Of a stretch of DNA of 64,000 nucleotides, positions 27,431-35,887 are shown in pieces. Source of the DNA: an uncultured Prevotellaceae bacterium (GTDB lineage Bacteria; Bacteroidota; Bacteroidia; Bacteroidales; Bacteroidaceae). The stretch spans positions 7,091-71,090 of the forward strand of contig CAMVOK010000010.1 of the NCBI GenBank assembly GCA_947169115.1, in the 5' to 3' direction. Each line of letters opens with the position of its first letter. The stretch's first letter is position 1. A program made the position numbers and the translations under genes. Below the pieces are notes generated by a model. That model did no database searches, had not been told where the DNA came from, and was given only the letters and a program-made list of their open reading frames with translations.

Positions 27431-28078
27431 ATGAAAGGTCTTCGGTTGTTTGCCCTGCTGTTTGCAATTCCGCAGTTGTTTCTCAATGCTCAGACCTCCG
27501 TCATAGACGAATGGGAGATAGAAGCAGAGCATAGTGCCACACACTTACAATTCCGACAAGACACTATTGAAATCTGGACACCGGCTGGCCTCACCTTATG
27601 GCGACGCCAGCCGCTTTCCGTTCCTTTTCTCCTGGAGTACGAGGCCATGGTGGTGCTTCGGGATTCGACCGACCGCCTTAGCGACCTCAACTGTTTCTGG
27701 CTTGCTACCGACCCTTCTGCGGCCGAGGGGAGTGTCTTTGCTCGTATGAACGAGCGCAATGGCGTATTTTCACGGGCTGCCACACTTCAGCTTTATTATA
27801 TGGGTTATGGAGGCAACTCGAACACTACCACCCGTTTCCGCCGCTATCACGGTCTGCCTCAACCCCCATTGTTGCAGGAATATACCGACTCTGCTCACCT
27901 GCTCATCCCCAACCAGTGGTACCACATCCGCATCGAGGCTACGCGCGAGCACACGCGTTATTATATAAATGAAGAACTACTGATTGATTATGCTGACCCC
28001 GAACCTCTCCTCCGTGGTTGGTTCGGATTCCGCACGACATGGAGTCATTGCCTCTTACGTGGTTTTCGGGTTCATTAG
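27431..28078 (+). CDS. Secreted protein, possibly a concanavalin-A-like lectin/glucanase fold (DUF6250-like)
   Basis: Signal MKGLRLFALLFAIPQLFLNAQ. LNCFWLATDP...LQLYYMGYGGNSNTTTRFRRY...WYHIRIE...GWFGFRTTW resembles ConA-like DUF proteins. The family assignment comes from memory only. Confidence 0.4.
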   Translation: MKGLRLFALLFAIPQLFLNAQTSVIDEWEIEAEHSATHLQFRQDTIEIWTPAGLTLWRRQPLSVPFLLEYEAMVVLRDSTDRLSDLNCFWLATDPSAAEGSVFARMNERNGVFSRAATLQLYYMGYGGNSNTTTRFRRYHGLPQPPLLQEYTDSAHLLIPNQWYHIRIEATREHTRYYINEELLIDYADPEPLLRGWFGFRTTWSHCLLRGFRVH

Positions 28079-28102
28079 TTATTGATTGAGGCAACCAATC
28101 TT

Positions 28103-28263
28103 CAATGGTTGCTACAACCATCATGGATTGATTGCTACAACCATCATGGATTGATTGCTGCAACCATCATAGATTGATTGCTACAACCATCATGGATTGA
28201 TTGCTGCAACCATCATAGATTGATTGCTGCAACCAACATTATTTGATTGCAGCAATCATTATG
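28103..28263. repeat. Tandem array of a 23-bp unit (about 6.5 copies) with a 46-bp higher-order alternation
   Basis: Units gattgattgctacaaccatcatg (28126, 28172) alternate with gattgattgctgcaaccatcata (28149, 28195). Degenerate copies flank them. There are no spacers. Confidence 0.9.
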
Positions 28264-28278
28264 TACTTATTAAACAAG

Positions 28279-28314
28279 CAGGGGCGCATCCAAATGAACG
28301 CGCCCCTGTTTATT
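28279..28314. terminator. Bidirectional rho-independent terminator between convergent genes
   Basis: caggggcgc-atccaaatgaac-gcgcccctg, followed by tttatt on + and ttgttt on -. Confidence 0.7.
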
Positions 28315-28330
28315 GGTCATGGAATAGAGG

Positions 28331-28519
28331 TTACCAGCCTTGTTCCCACACGTCTGGGTTTGCTGGCTTGCTCTCTTCTTCGAAATGTTGTTCTGCTTTA
28401 GTATCGAATTCTTCTACTTCGTCGTCACTACGCTCAATTTGGCTTGCACAGATAATCTCAGCACCTTCCCACATCTGGATGATGAGATTTATTTCTGGTT
28501 TTGTATAGTTCTTTTTCAT
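28331..28519 (-). CDS. Small acidic hypothetical protein (62 aa)
   Basis: Starts 3 nt after the stop of the upstream LRR gene and ends just before the terminator. It is E/D-rich. There is no homology evidence. Confidence 0.35.
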   Translation of the reverse strand: MKKNYTKPEINLIIQMWEGAEIICASQIERSDDEVEEFDTKAEQHFEEESKPANPDVWEQGW

Positions 28520-28522
28520 TGC

Positions 28523-30727
28523 TTAGAATAATATTTTTTTGCCATTCTTAATATAGATTCCTCTCTGAGTGGGCTTTGCGATGCGCTGGCCGCTTATGGT
28601 GTACCATGTATTGTCTTCTGTCTTGTTGGTAGTAACAGAAACCTCCTCAATGGCTGTCTCTTCGTCGTCGGGTGCATCTTGATAGCCATCTTCAAAGATA
28701 TTGAAGGATAAAGAGGTTGCCTTTACATCCAGGCCAGCTTCTTCAGTCATATACCAGCGGAAGGGACTTAATGTTACCTCGTCACTCTTGGGCTTCGACA
28801 ATTTTCCACTGGCCATAGCCCATCCACCGATAGATTTCAGGCCCTGCGTCTTAGTATATACACCATGATAAGTGCATTCACCCAATACCCATGGGTTGCT
28901 ATCGTCATTAGCTGCCTTAAATTCGCTTACTGATGCTTCAATCGTTTTCACACCTGCTACCTTTGCTCTTATCAAGTAGGGCTTGCCGGCAATGAGCTTA
29001 CCACTGGATAATTTTGCCACATTGATGGCTCCACCAGCGGTCTGGTTGTTCAAGATAGCTGCCACATCAAAGTTGGCTTTAAGGTCTTCGTATTTCATGT
29101 TGAAGGGTACGAACAAGGCCTGCCAATTGTTGTTCTTAAAGTTACGGGTGTAGCGAACTTTAATATTTTGGTATTGGCGTACGAAACTATTTTCATTGGT
29201 ATATGCATAATCGTCACTTAATGCCGTCTCGTCAAGCTCTGCAATATAGTTCTTTACAGAATTCCAACCCTCGGCTGCATTGTATGTGGCCATATGATCA
29301 AAGTCAATATGGAAAATGGCACTACGCACTACGTCAGCATCCAAGGAACCAAATGGATTGTTTCCCGTTACAACAGCTGGAGCTCCAGCACAATATACGT
29401 CAGTGACTTCTGAATTACCGCTAAAGGCGGCAGCACCTATCTCTTGAACAGAAGCGGGAATGGTTATTGTCGTAAGTCCACCATATCGATAGAAGGTATA
29501 GGCTCCAATTTTGGTTGTTCCTGCTGGGATAACAAGGTCTCCCTCCACTCTTTCTCCGCCCATAGTCAGAGTATGGCAGTAGTTGATGGGTGAGGAATAG
29601 TTGTTAGCAAAATCTGTCTCACACCATGCTCCTAAATCTGAGATTTCTATGCTTGTGATAGCTTTGTCATTCTCAAAAGCATTGCCACCAACCGTTGTGA
29701 TGCTGCTGGGGAAATCTATACTTGCTAAACTTGTACAGCTTTTAAATGCTTGTTCACCAATTTCCACAAGTCCATTCCCATCAATGTCAATATTCTCAAT
29801 TGCGGAACATCCAAAGAATGCTTGTGTGCCAATGGAGGTTACTGTTGCAGGAATGCTAATTTCGGTTATGTTTCTTGCTGTATAGAAAGCATAGTTCTTT
29901 ATGGCTGTGGTTCCAGAAGGGATGGTGCTCGGAGCAGTTTCTCCATCGGAAAGGAAAAGTTTCTTTGTGACGTTGACTGGATTTGCAGAAGCACTTTCAA
30001 AGTCAATCTGAGACCATGCACTTATATCCTCCGCAATAACCTTCGCATCACTCGAAAAGCCTGTTATAGCATTGTTCTTTATTTCCGTTACCGAAGCTGG
30101 TATTCTGATTTCTCCCGTAAAAGAATCCCACCTGTAGAACGCGTATGCATTGATTTTCGTCGCATCTGTTAAAACGAGATCAGTTGTGACTGGAGTACCA
30201 TTGACATACAATCCCTTCTTGTAGTTCGTGGGGTTGGATACATGGTTTGTAAACTCTATCTCACACCATCTGTTGATGTCGGTGATATCGACTCTTGCTA
30301 ATTCTTTGTCACTTTCAAAGGCTTCACCAGCGATGGCTGTAACGGTTTCAGGGATGTTAATCTGCTCTAAGGCATAACAGTACTTAAAAGCTCTGTAACC
30401 AATCGATTCCACATTGCCTTGGATAGCAACACCCGTAATTGTGCCGCAACCGAAGAAAGCATAGTCTCCAATGCGAGTAACGTTGTAGGTTACTGCATTG
30501 TTGGCGATTGTTGCTGGAACCGTAATGTTGCCCTCGGTGGCTCTGTCGATTGCCGAAATCTTAGATGAAGGTCCGTACACCTCAACTTCGTCGTCGGCAG
30601 TTACGCGGAACTTCATTATCACGCCATTCACATCGGCATCGAATGTATCTCCGATGGCTGCAAAGGACGTTGTTGTGTACATTGATGCAAAAAATGCACA
30701 CAGAATAGAGAGTAATAACTTTTTCAT
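28523..30727 (-). CDS. BspA-like leucine-rich-repeat surface protein with a T9SS C-terminal sorting domain
   Basis: Signal peptide. Many IG..AF..C..L..I.IP..V..I LRR units (e.g. IGDYAFFGCGTITGVAIQGNVESIGYRAFKYCYALEQINIPETVTAI). The C-terminus WYTISGQRIAKPTQRGIYIKNGKKILF is a typical T9SS CTD. Confidence 0.85.
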   Translation of the reverse strand: MKKLLLSILCAFFASMYTTTSFAAIGDTFDADVNGVIMKFRVTADDEVEVYGPSSKISAIDRATEGNITVPATIANNAVTYNVTRIGDYAFFGCGTITGVAIQGNVESIGYRAFKYCYALEQINIPETVTAIAGEAFESDKELARVDITDINRWCEIEFTNHVSNPTNYKKGLYVNGTPVTTDLVLTDATKINAYAFYRWDSFTGEIRIPASVTEIKNNAITGFSSDAKVIAEDISAWSQIDFESASANPVNVTKKLFLSDGETAPSTIPSGTTAIKNYAFYTARNITEISIPATVTSIGTQAFFGCSAIENIDIDGNGLVEIGEQAFKSCTSLASIDFPSSITTVGGNAFENDKAITSIEISDLGAWCETDFANNYSSPINYCHTLTMGGERVEGDLVIPAGTTKIGAYTFYRYGGLTTITIPASVQEIGAAAFSGNSEVTDVYCAGAPAVVTGNNPFGSLDADVVRSAIFHIDFDHMATYNAAEGWNSVKNYIAELDETALSDDYAYTNENSFVRQYQNIKVRYTRNFKNNNWQALFVPFNMKYEDLKANFDVAAILNNQTAGGAINVAKLSSGKLIAGKPYLIRAKVAGVKTIEASVSEFKAANDDSNPWVLGECTYHGVYTKTQGLKSIGGWAMASGKLSKPKSDEVTLSPFRWYMTEEAGLDVKATSLSFNIFEDGYQDAPDDEETAIEEVSVTTNKTEDNTWYTISGQRIAKPTQRGIYIKNGKKILF

Positions 30728-30777
30728 ATTCTTTTTGTTTTTCTTTCGTACGTGATTTAAAAATTACTTTCGGACGG

Positions 30778-30785
30778 CAAATTTA
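30778..30785 (-). promoter_or_regulatory. Bacteroidota -7 promoter box
   Basis: The minus strand reads taaatttg, about 50 nt upstream of the LRR gene ATG. Confidence 0.4.
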
Positions 30786-30884
30786 CGAAGAAAAGACGAA
30801 TTGGGCAAAAATTTCACATAAATTAATTATATTAATTCAAAAATAGAGTAAAATCAGTTTTTAAAGTTGATAGTTTGAAGCAAA

Positions 30885-31541
30885 TTACAGTTTCTCGCCA
30901 TAACAAAGGTCGCCACAGTCGCCGAAGCCAGGAACGATGTATTTGTGTTCGTTCATGCCAGGGTCGATGGTGGCGCACCAGAGGGTGGTGTCGGGTGATA
31001 CATTACGCTGAAGCATGTCCACACCTTCGGGAGTGCCGATGACACTGGCTATGTGTACCTGGTGGGGCTTTCCCGTCTTCAGCAGGGCTTCATAAGCAGC
31101 CACCATGGAGCCGCCGGTGGCCAGCATGGGATCGACGATGAGCAGGGTTTTACCCTTGACCGAGGGCGAGGCCATGTATTCGGTGTGGATGCCCACCTCG
31201 GTGTGCTCGCGGTTTGTGTACATGCGGAAGGCAGAGACAAAGGCATTCTCAGCATGGTCAAAGACGTGGAGGAAACCTTCGTGGAAGGGAAGTCCGGCAC
31301 GCAGGACGGTGGCCAGTAGCAGTTCGTCCTTTATCAGTTGGGTCTCGCAGGTGCCCAGCGGCGTGGTGACCGTTTTGGGTTTGTAGGTCAGGGTCTTAGA
31401 GATTTCGTAGGCCATCACTTCGCCGATACGACGGATGTTGTTACGAAAAAGGGCGCGGTTTTTCTGGTAGCTTTTGTCACGGATTTCGGCCATGAAATGG
31501 TTCAGGACCGAATTGTTTTCGCTGAGGTTAATGGTTTTCAT
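30885..31541 (-). CDS. upp: Uracil phosphoribosyltransferase
   Basis: PRPP-binding motif LLIVDPMLATGGSMVAAYEALL and the terminal GFGDCGDLCYG. Confidence 0.92.
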   Translation of the reverse strand: MKTINLSENNSVLNHFMAEIRDKSYQKNRALFRNNIRRIGEVMAYEISKTLTYKPKTVTTPLGTCETQLIKDELLLATVLRAGLPFHEGFLHVFDHAENAFVSAFRMYTNREHTEVGIHTEYMASPSVKGKTLLIVDPMLATGGSMVAAYEALLKTGKPHQVHIASVIGTPEGVDMLQRNVSPDTTLWCATIDPGMNEHKYIVPGFGDCGDLCYGEKL

Positions 31542-31575
31542 AATGTTAAATGTTAAATGTCAAATGTCAAATGTA
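31542..31575. repeat. 7-bp tandem word array abutting the upp start codon
   Basis: aatgtta aatgtta aatgtca aatgtca aatgta. Confidence 0.9.
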
Positions 31576-31711
31576 TCGTGCATGGCAAAGATAGGAAATA
31601 ATTGTGAATTATTTGCAATGTCCACTTCTCAAAAGTGCGAAATAAACGAAAAACTATGGGTCGAGATGGCAAAAAATCGTCTAATTGCTTCTCTAAATTA
31701 AAAGATTTCAT

Positions 31712-31719
31712 TATTTTTG
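31712..31719 (+). promoter_or_regulatory. Bacteroidota -7 promoter box
   Basis: tatttttg lies 41 nt upstream of the pckA ATG. Confidence 0.45.
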
Positions 31720-31759
31720 CATCGTCAAAATAAACCTTTAATTTTATATCTTAAATACA

Positions 31760-33373
31760 ATGGCAAAATTAGATTTAACTCAGTATGGCATCACGGGTTC
31801 GACCGTGATAGCCCACAATCCTTCCTACGAGTTCCTCTTCGAAGAGGAGACCAAGGCTGGTCTGACAGGCTTTGACAAGGGCGTGAACACCGAATTGAAC
31901 GCTGTCAATGTGATGACAGGTATCTACACCGGCCGTTCTCCCAAGGATAAGTACATCGTTGATGATGCTCAGAGCCACGACAAGGTATGGTGGACCACCG
32001 AGGGTTATAAGAACGACAACCACCCCATGAGTGAGGAGGTTTGGGCCAAGGTGAAGGATATCGCCATCAAGGAACTCTGCAACAAGGATTTGTATGTAGT
32101 TGATGCCTTCTGTGGTGCCAACGAGGCTACTCGTCTGAGCGTTCGCTTCATCGTAGAGGTCGCTTGGCAGGCTCATTTCGTAAAGAACATGTTCATCCAA
32201 CCCACTGCTGAGGAACTGGAGAAGTTCGAGCCCAACTTCGTTATTTATAATGCCAGCAAGGCTAAGGTTGAGAACTACAAGGAACTGGGTCTGAACTCTG
32301 AGACCTGTGTGGCTTTCAATACAACAAGCCGCGAACAGTGTATCATCAACACTTGGTACGGCGGTGAGATGAAGAAGGGTATGTTCTCTATGCAGAACTA
32401 CTACCTGCCCCTGCAGGGTATCGCTTCTATGCACTGCTCTGCCAACACTGACATGGAAGGCAAGAACACTGCTATCTTCTTCGGTTTGTCTGGTACCGGT
32501 AAGACAACTCTGTCAACCGACCCGAAGCGTCTGCTCATTGGTGACGACGAGCACGGATGGGACGACGAAGGCGTATTCAACCTCGAAGGTGGCTGCTATG
32601 CCAAGGTTATTAACCTCTCTAAGGAGAACGAGCCCGACATCTATGGTGCCATCAAGCGCAATGCCCTGTTGGAGAACGTAACGGTTGCTGCTGACGGCAA
32701 GATTGACTTCGCTGACAAGAGCGTAACTGAGAACACCCGTGTAAGCTATCCCATTGACCACATCGAGAAGATTGCCCAGAAGGTAAATGGCAAGAGTGCT
32801 GGTCCCGACGCTAAGAACGTTATCTTCTTGAGTGCCGACGCATTCGGCGTACTGCCTCCCGTTAGCATCCTGACTCCCGAGCAGACGAAGTACTACTTCC
32901 TCTCTGGTTTCACCGCTAAGTTGGCCGGCACAGAGCGTGGTATCACTGAGCCCACTCCCACCTTCTCGGCTTGCTTCGGTCAGGCTTTCCTCGAGTTGCA
33001 TCCCACTAAGTATGCTGAGGAACTCGTGAAGAAGATGGAGAAGAGCGGTGCCAAGGCTTATCTGGTGAACACGGGTTGGAACGGTACCGGCAAGCGTATC
33101 TCAATTCCCGACACACGTGGTATCATCGATGCTATTCTGGATGGCAGCATCCTGAAGGCTCCTACGAAGAAGATTCCTTTCTTCGACTTCGAGGTTCCCA
33201 CCGAACTGCCTAACGTAAATCCTGCTATCCTCGATCCTCGAGACACCTACGCTGAGGCCAGCATTTGGGAGGAGAAGGCTAAGGATTTGGCTGCTCGTTT
33301 CATCAAAAACTTTGGTAAGTACACCACAAATGAGGCTGGTAAGGCTCTCGTTGAGGCTGGTCCCAAACTCTAA
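31760..33373 (+). CDS. pckA: Phosphoenolpyruvate carboxykinase (ATP)
   Basis: [29 protein letters not shown] and NTGWNG motifs. Confidence 0.95.
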   Translation: MAKLDLTQYGITGSTVIAHNPSYEFLFEEETKAGLTGFDKGVNTELNAVNVMTGIYTGRSPKDKYIVDDAQSHDKVWWTTEGYKNDNHPMSEEVWAKVKDIAIKELCNKDLYVVDAFCGANEATRLSVRFIVEVAWQAHFVKNMFIQPTAEELEKFEPNFVIYNASKAKVENYKELGLNSETCVAFNTTSREQCIINTWYGGEMKKGMFSMQNYYLPLQGIASMHCSANTDMEGKNTAIFFGLSGTGKTTLSTDPKRLLIGDDEHGWDDEGVFNLEGGCYAKVINLSKENEPDIYGAIKRNALLENVTVAADGKIDFADKSVTENTRVSYPIDHIEKIAQKVNGKSAGPDAKNVIFLSADAFGVLPPVSILTPEQTKYYFLSGFTAKLAGTERGITEPTPTFSACFGQAFLELHPTKYAEELVKKMEKSGAKAYLVNTGWNGTGKRISIPDTRGIIDAILDGSILKAPTKKIPFFDFEVPTELPNVNPAILDPRDTYAEASIWEEKAKDLAARFIKNFGKYTTNEAGKALVEAGPKL

Positions 33374-33400
33374 TCGGGTACTTACTCACAATTTTTATCA

Positions 33401-33430
33401 GCGGTTCCCTTTCGGGGAGCCGCTTTTTTT
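33401..33430 (+). terminator. Rho-independent terminator of pckA
   Basis: gcggttccc-tttc-ggggagccgc followed by ttttttt. Confidence 0.75.
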
Positions 33431-33516
33431 GTGTCTCTGCCATCATCGGCGGCTTAGATACTTCGTCTCAGCATAAAAAACAAACAAATTTGTTTTGTTC
33501 TGCTCTCGACTTTACG

Positions 33517-33524
33517 TATCTTTG
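33517..33524 (+). promoter_or_regulatory. Bacteroidota -7 promoter box
   Basis: tatctttg lies 26 nt upstream of the dsbD ATG. Confidence 0.45.
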
Positions 33525-33549
33525 TACCCAAATTGTTAAATAATAAGGT

Positions 33550-35712
33550 ATGAAACGGATTTCGCTTTCGTTATTGTTGCTTGTTGGTGCAGTTAACTTT
33601 CAGCTTTCTACTTTCTTGCCCCACTTCGTTCTGCAAGCGTGGCCTACGGCTGCCGATTATTGTTTTCAACTTGGTGTAGCCTATGCCCAGTTTCATGAAC
33701 CCGTGCAGTTCAGTGTTAAACAGAACAAGCTTTCAGAATCTGAAATCGAGGTGGTATTTACGGGAAAGGTAGATGCCGGATGGCATGTCTATAGTACTGA
33801 TATCCCCGATGGCGGACCAACAAAGGCCGAGCTGACGCTGGAGAAGCAACAAGGTGTGAAGCCCAAAGGCGCATTGCGAGCTACGGGCAAGGTACACCGC
33901 GAGATGGACGACATGTTTGACATGGAACTTTCCTATATGGAGGGAACAGCCTCGTTTAGCCAGAAGTTCACGGTGACGGAGCCTACCTACGAGGTGGCTG
34001 GCTATCTGACATACGGGGCTTGCAATGACGAAAACTGCATTCCTCCCACGAATGTCGATTTCAGTTTCAAAGGAGAGGTAAGCCTCACCCCCGACCCCTC
34101 TCTTGCAGAGAAGGGAGCAGATACGTCTGAAAATAAGACGGATGCCGAAATTGACGAGGCGGAAAGTGATTCTGCAAATGTATCTACCCCCCTCCCTACA
34201 GGGGAGGGGCTTGGGGAGGGTCTTCATCTATGGGTACCCGTCATTGACGAACTGAAAGCCTTCTCCGATGGAACTTCCTCGTCTCAAGGGGGAAGCCAAA
34301 GCGGGGCTTCCGCTCTACTTTGGATATTTCTGATGGGGCTTCTGGGTGGGTTTGCAGCCCTGCTTACCCCCTGCGTGTGGCCAATCATTCCCATGACCGT
34401 TAGTTTCTTCCTGAAGCGAGGGAGCAAGGAGCAGGGGGCAAGGAACAAGGGCGTTCGGGATGCCATGTTATATGGCCTAAGCATCATTGTCATTTACATG
34501 GCTCTTGGTTTGCTCGTTACCCTGCTGTTTGGTGCAAGTGCGTTGAATGCGCTCAGTACCAATGCCATCTTTAACATTTTCTTCTGTCTTCTGTTATTGC
34601 TGTTTGCGGCTTCCTTTCTGGGCGGCTTCGAAATAACGTTGCCCAGTAGTTGGTCAAATGCCGTGGATAGTAAGGCCACAAGTACCACTGGTCTGCTCTC
34701 GATCTTCCTCATGGCTTTCACCTTGTCGTTGGTCAGTTTCTCCTGCACAGGACCCATCATTGGTTTCCTGTTGGTAGAGGTAGCCTCGACGGGTAATATT
34801 GTCGGCCCTGCCATTGGCATGTTCGGCTTTGCTCTTGCCTTGGCCTTGCCCTTCACCCTGTTCGCCCTCTTCCCCTCGTGGTTGAAGGCTGCTCCCAAAA
34901 GCGGAAACTGGATGAATTGCATTAAGGTGACATTGGGATTCCTGGAACTGGCATTCTCCTTGAAGTTCCTTTCTGTAGCCGATTTGGCATACGGTTGGCA
35001 TATTTTGGACCGCGAAGTGTTCCTTTCCCTGTGGATAATCATCTTCGCCCTGCTCGGTGCCTACTTCATTGGCTGGATACGCTTCCCTCATGATGAGGAT
35101 GAATACGACGAGATGGGGGAGGTCATACAGCATCCACGTACTACTGTCACCCGTTTCTTCTTGGCTTTAGTGTCGTTTGCCTTTGCCCTTTACATGGTGC
35201 CTGGGCTATGGGGAGCCCCCTGTAAGGCTGTCAGTGCTTTTGCTCCACCCATGTCAACTCAGGATTTCAACCTCTCCAAGAGTGAGTCCCTGCACTTCGA
35301 GGATTACGAAGAGGGTATGGCATACGCCCGTGAGCACCACATGCCAGTGTTCCTCGACTTTACGGGGTATGGTTGTGTAAACTGTCGTAAGATGGAGGCT
35401 GCTGTATGGACAAACTCCGAGGTGCAGCAATTGATGGGGGATAACTTTGTGCTCATCTCTCTGTTTGTGGATGAAAAAACTCCTCTGAAGGAACCGAAAA
35501 TTGTTGATGAAAACGGAGAAAAACGTAAGCTGCGTACTGTGGGGGACCAATGGAGCTATTTGCAGCGTTATAAGTTTGGTGCCAATGCCCAGCCTTTCTA
35601 TGTCCTGGTAGATAATGAGGGCCATCCCTTGGCTCCCTCGTATAGTTATGATGAGGATGTGCAGGCATTCAAGCAGTTCCTCGAAACGGGTATCAGGAAC
35701 TACAAGAAATAG
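33550..35712 (+). CDS. dsbD: Thiol:disulfide interchange protein DsbD-like (N-terminal domain, CcdA-type membrane core, C-terminal thioredoxin)
   Basis: Membrane-core motifs LLTPCVWPIIPMT and SFSCTGPI. C-terminal thioredoxin CxxC DFTGYGCVNCRKME. The linker carries a repeat-derived insertion (STPLPTGEGLGEGL). Confidence 0.85.
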   Translation: MKRISLSLLLLVGAVNFQLSTFLPHFVLQAWPTAADYCFQLGVAYAQFHEPVQFSVKQNKLSESEIEVVFTGKVDAGWHVYSTDIPDGGPTKAELTLEKQQGVKPKGALRATGKVHREMDDMFDMELSYMEGTASFSQKFTVTEPTYEVAGYLTYGACNDENCIPPTNVDFSFKGEVSLTPDPSLAEKGADTSENKTDAEIDEAESDSANVSTPLPTGEGLGEGLHLWVPVIDELKAFSDGTSSSQGGSQSGASALLWIFLMGLLGGFAALLTPCVWPIIPMTVSFFLKRGSKEQGARNKGVRDAMLYGLSIIVIYMALGLLVTLLFGASALNALSTNAIFNIFFCLLLLLFAASFLGGFEITLPSSWSNAVDSKATSTTGLLSIFLMAFTLSLVSFSCTGPIIGFLLVEVASTGNIVGPAIGMFGFALALALPFTLFALFPSWLKAAPKSGNWMNCIKVTLGFLELAFSLKFLSVADLAYGWHILDREVFLSLWIIIFALLGAYFIGWIRFPHDEDEYDEMGEVIQHPRTTVTRFFLALVSFAFALYMVPGLWGAPCKAVSAFAPPMSTQDFNLSKSESLHFEDYEEGMAYAREHHMPVFLDFTGYGCVNCRKMEAAVWTNSEVQQLMGDNFVLISLFVDEKTPLKEPKIVDENGEKRKLRTVGDQWSYLQRYKFGANAQPFYVLVDNEGHPLAPSYSYDEDVQAFKQFLETGIRNYKK
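34174..34220 (+). repeat. Hairpin/G4 element copy in frame in the dsbD linker
   Basis: gcaaatgtatctacccccctccctacaggggaggggcttggggaggg. Confidence 0.8.
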
Positions 35713-35717
35713 GGAAC

Positions 35718-35760
35718 TCCATCCCCTTTGACCCCTCCCGAGGGAGGGGAGTGGTTACTA
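35718..35760 (-). repeat. Hairpin element copy (intergenic)
   Basis: The minus strand reads tagtaaccactcccctccctcgggaggggtcaaaggggatggag. Confidence 0.8.
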
Positions 35761-35836
35761 ACGCAAATATAAAACGAAAAATATTAATAACATAAATAAC
35801 AATTGTAAAAAAGCCTTACTCTTCAATCGTATATAC

Positions 35837-35868
35837 GCCCTCCCCCTGGGGAGGGGATGGGGAGGGGG
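35837..35868 (+). repeat. Hairpin/G4 element copy (intergenic)
   Basis: cgccctccccctggggaggggatggggaggggg. Confidence 0.8.
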
Positions 35869-35887
35869 TTGTAAATTTTATTAAAAG

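Noticed and set aside
28103-28263. Possible CRISPR array
   Set aside because: The repeats are directly adjacent with no unique spacers, the unit is only 23 bp, and no cas genes are nearby.
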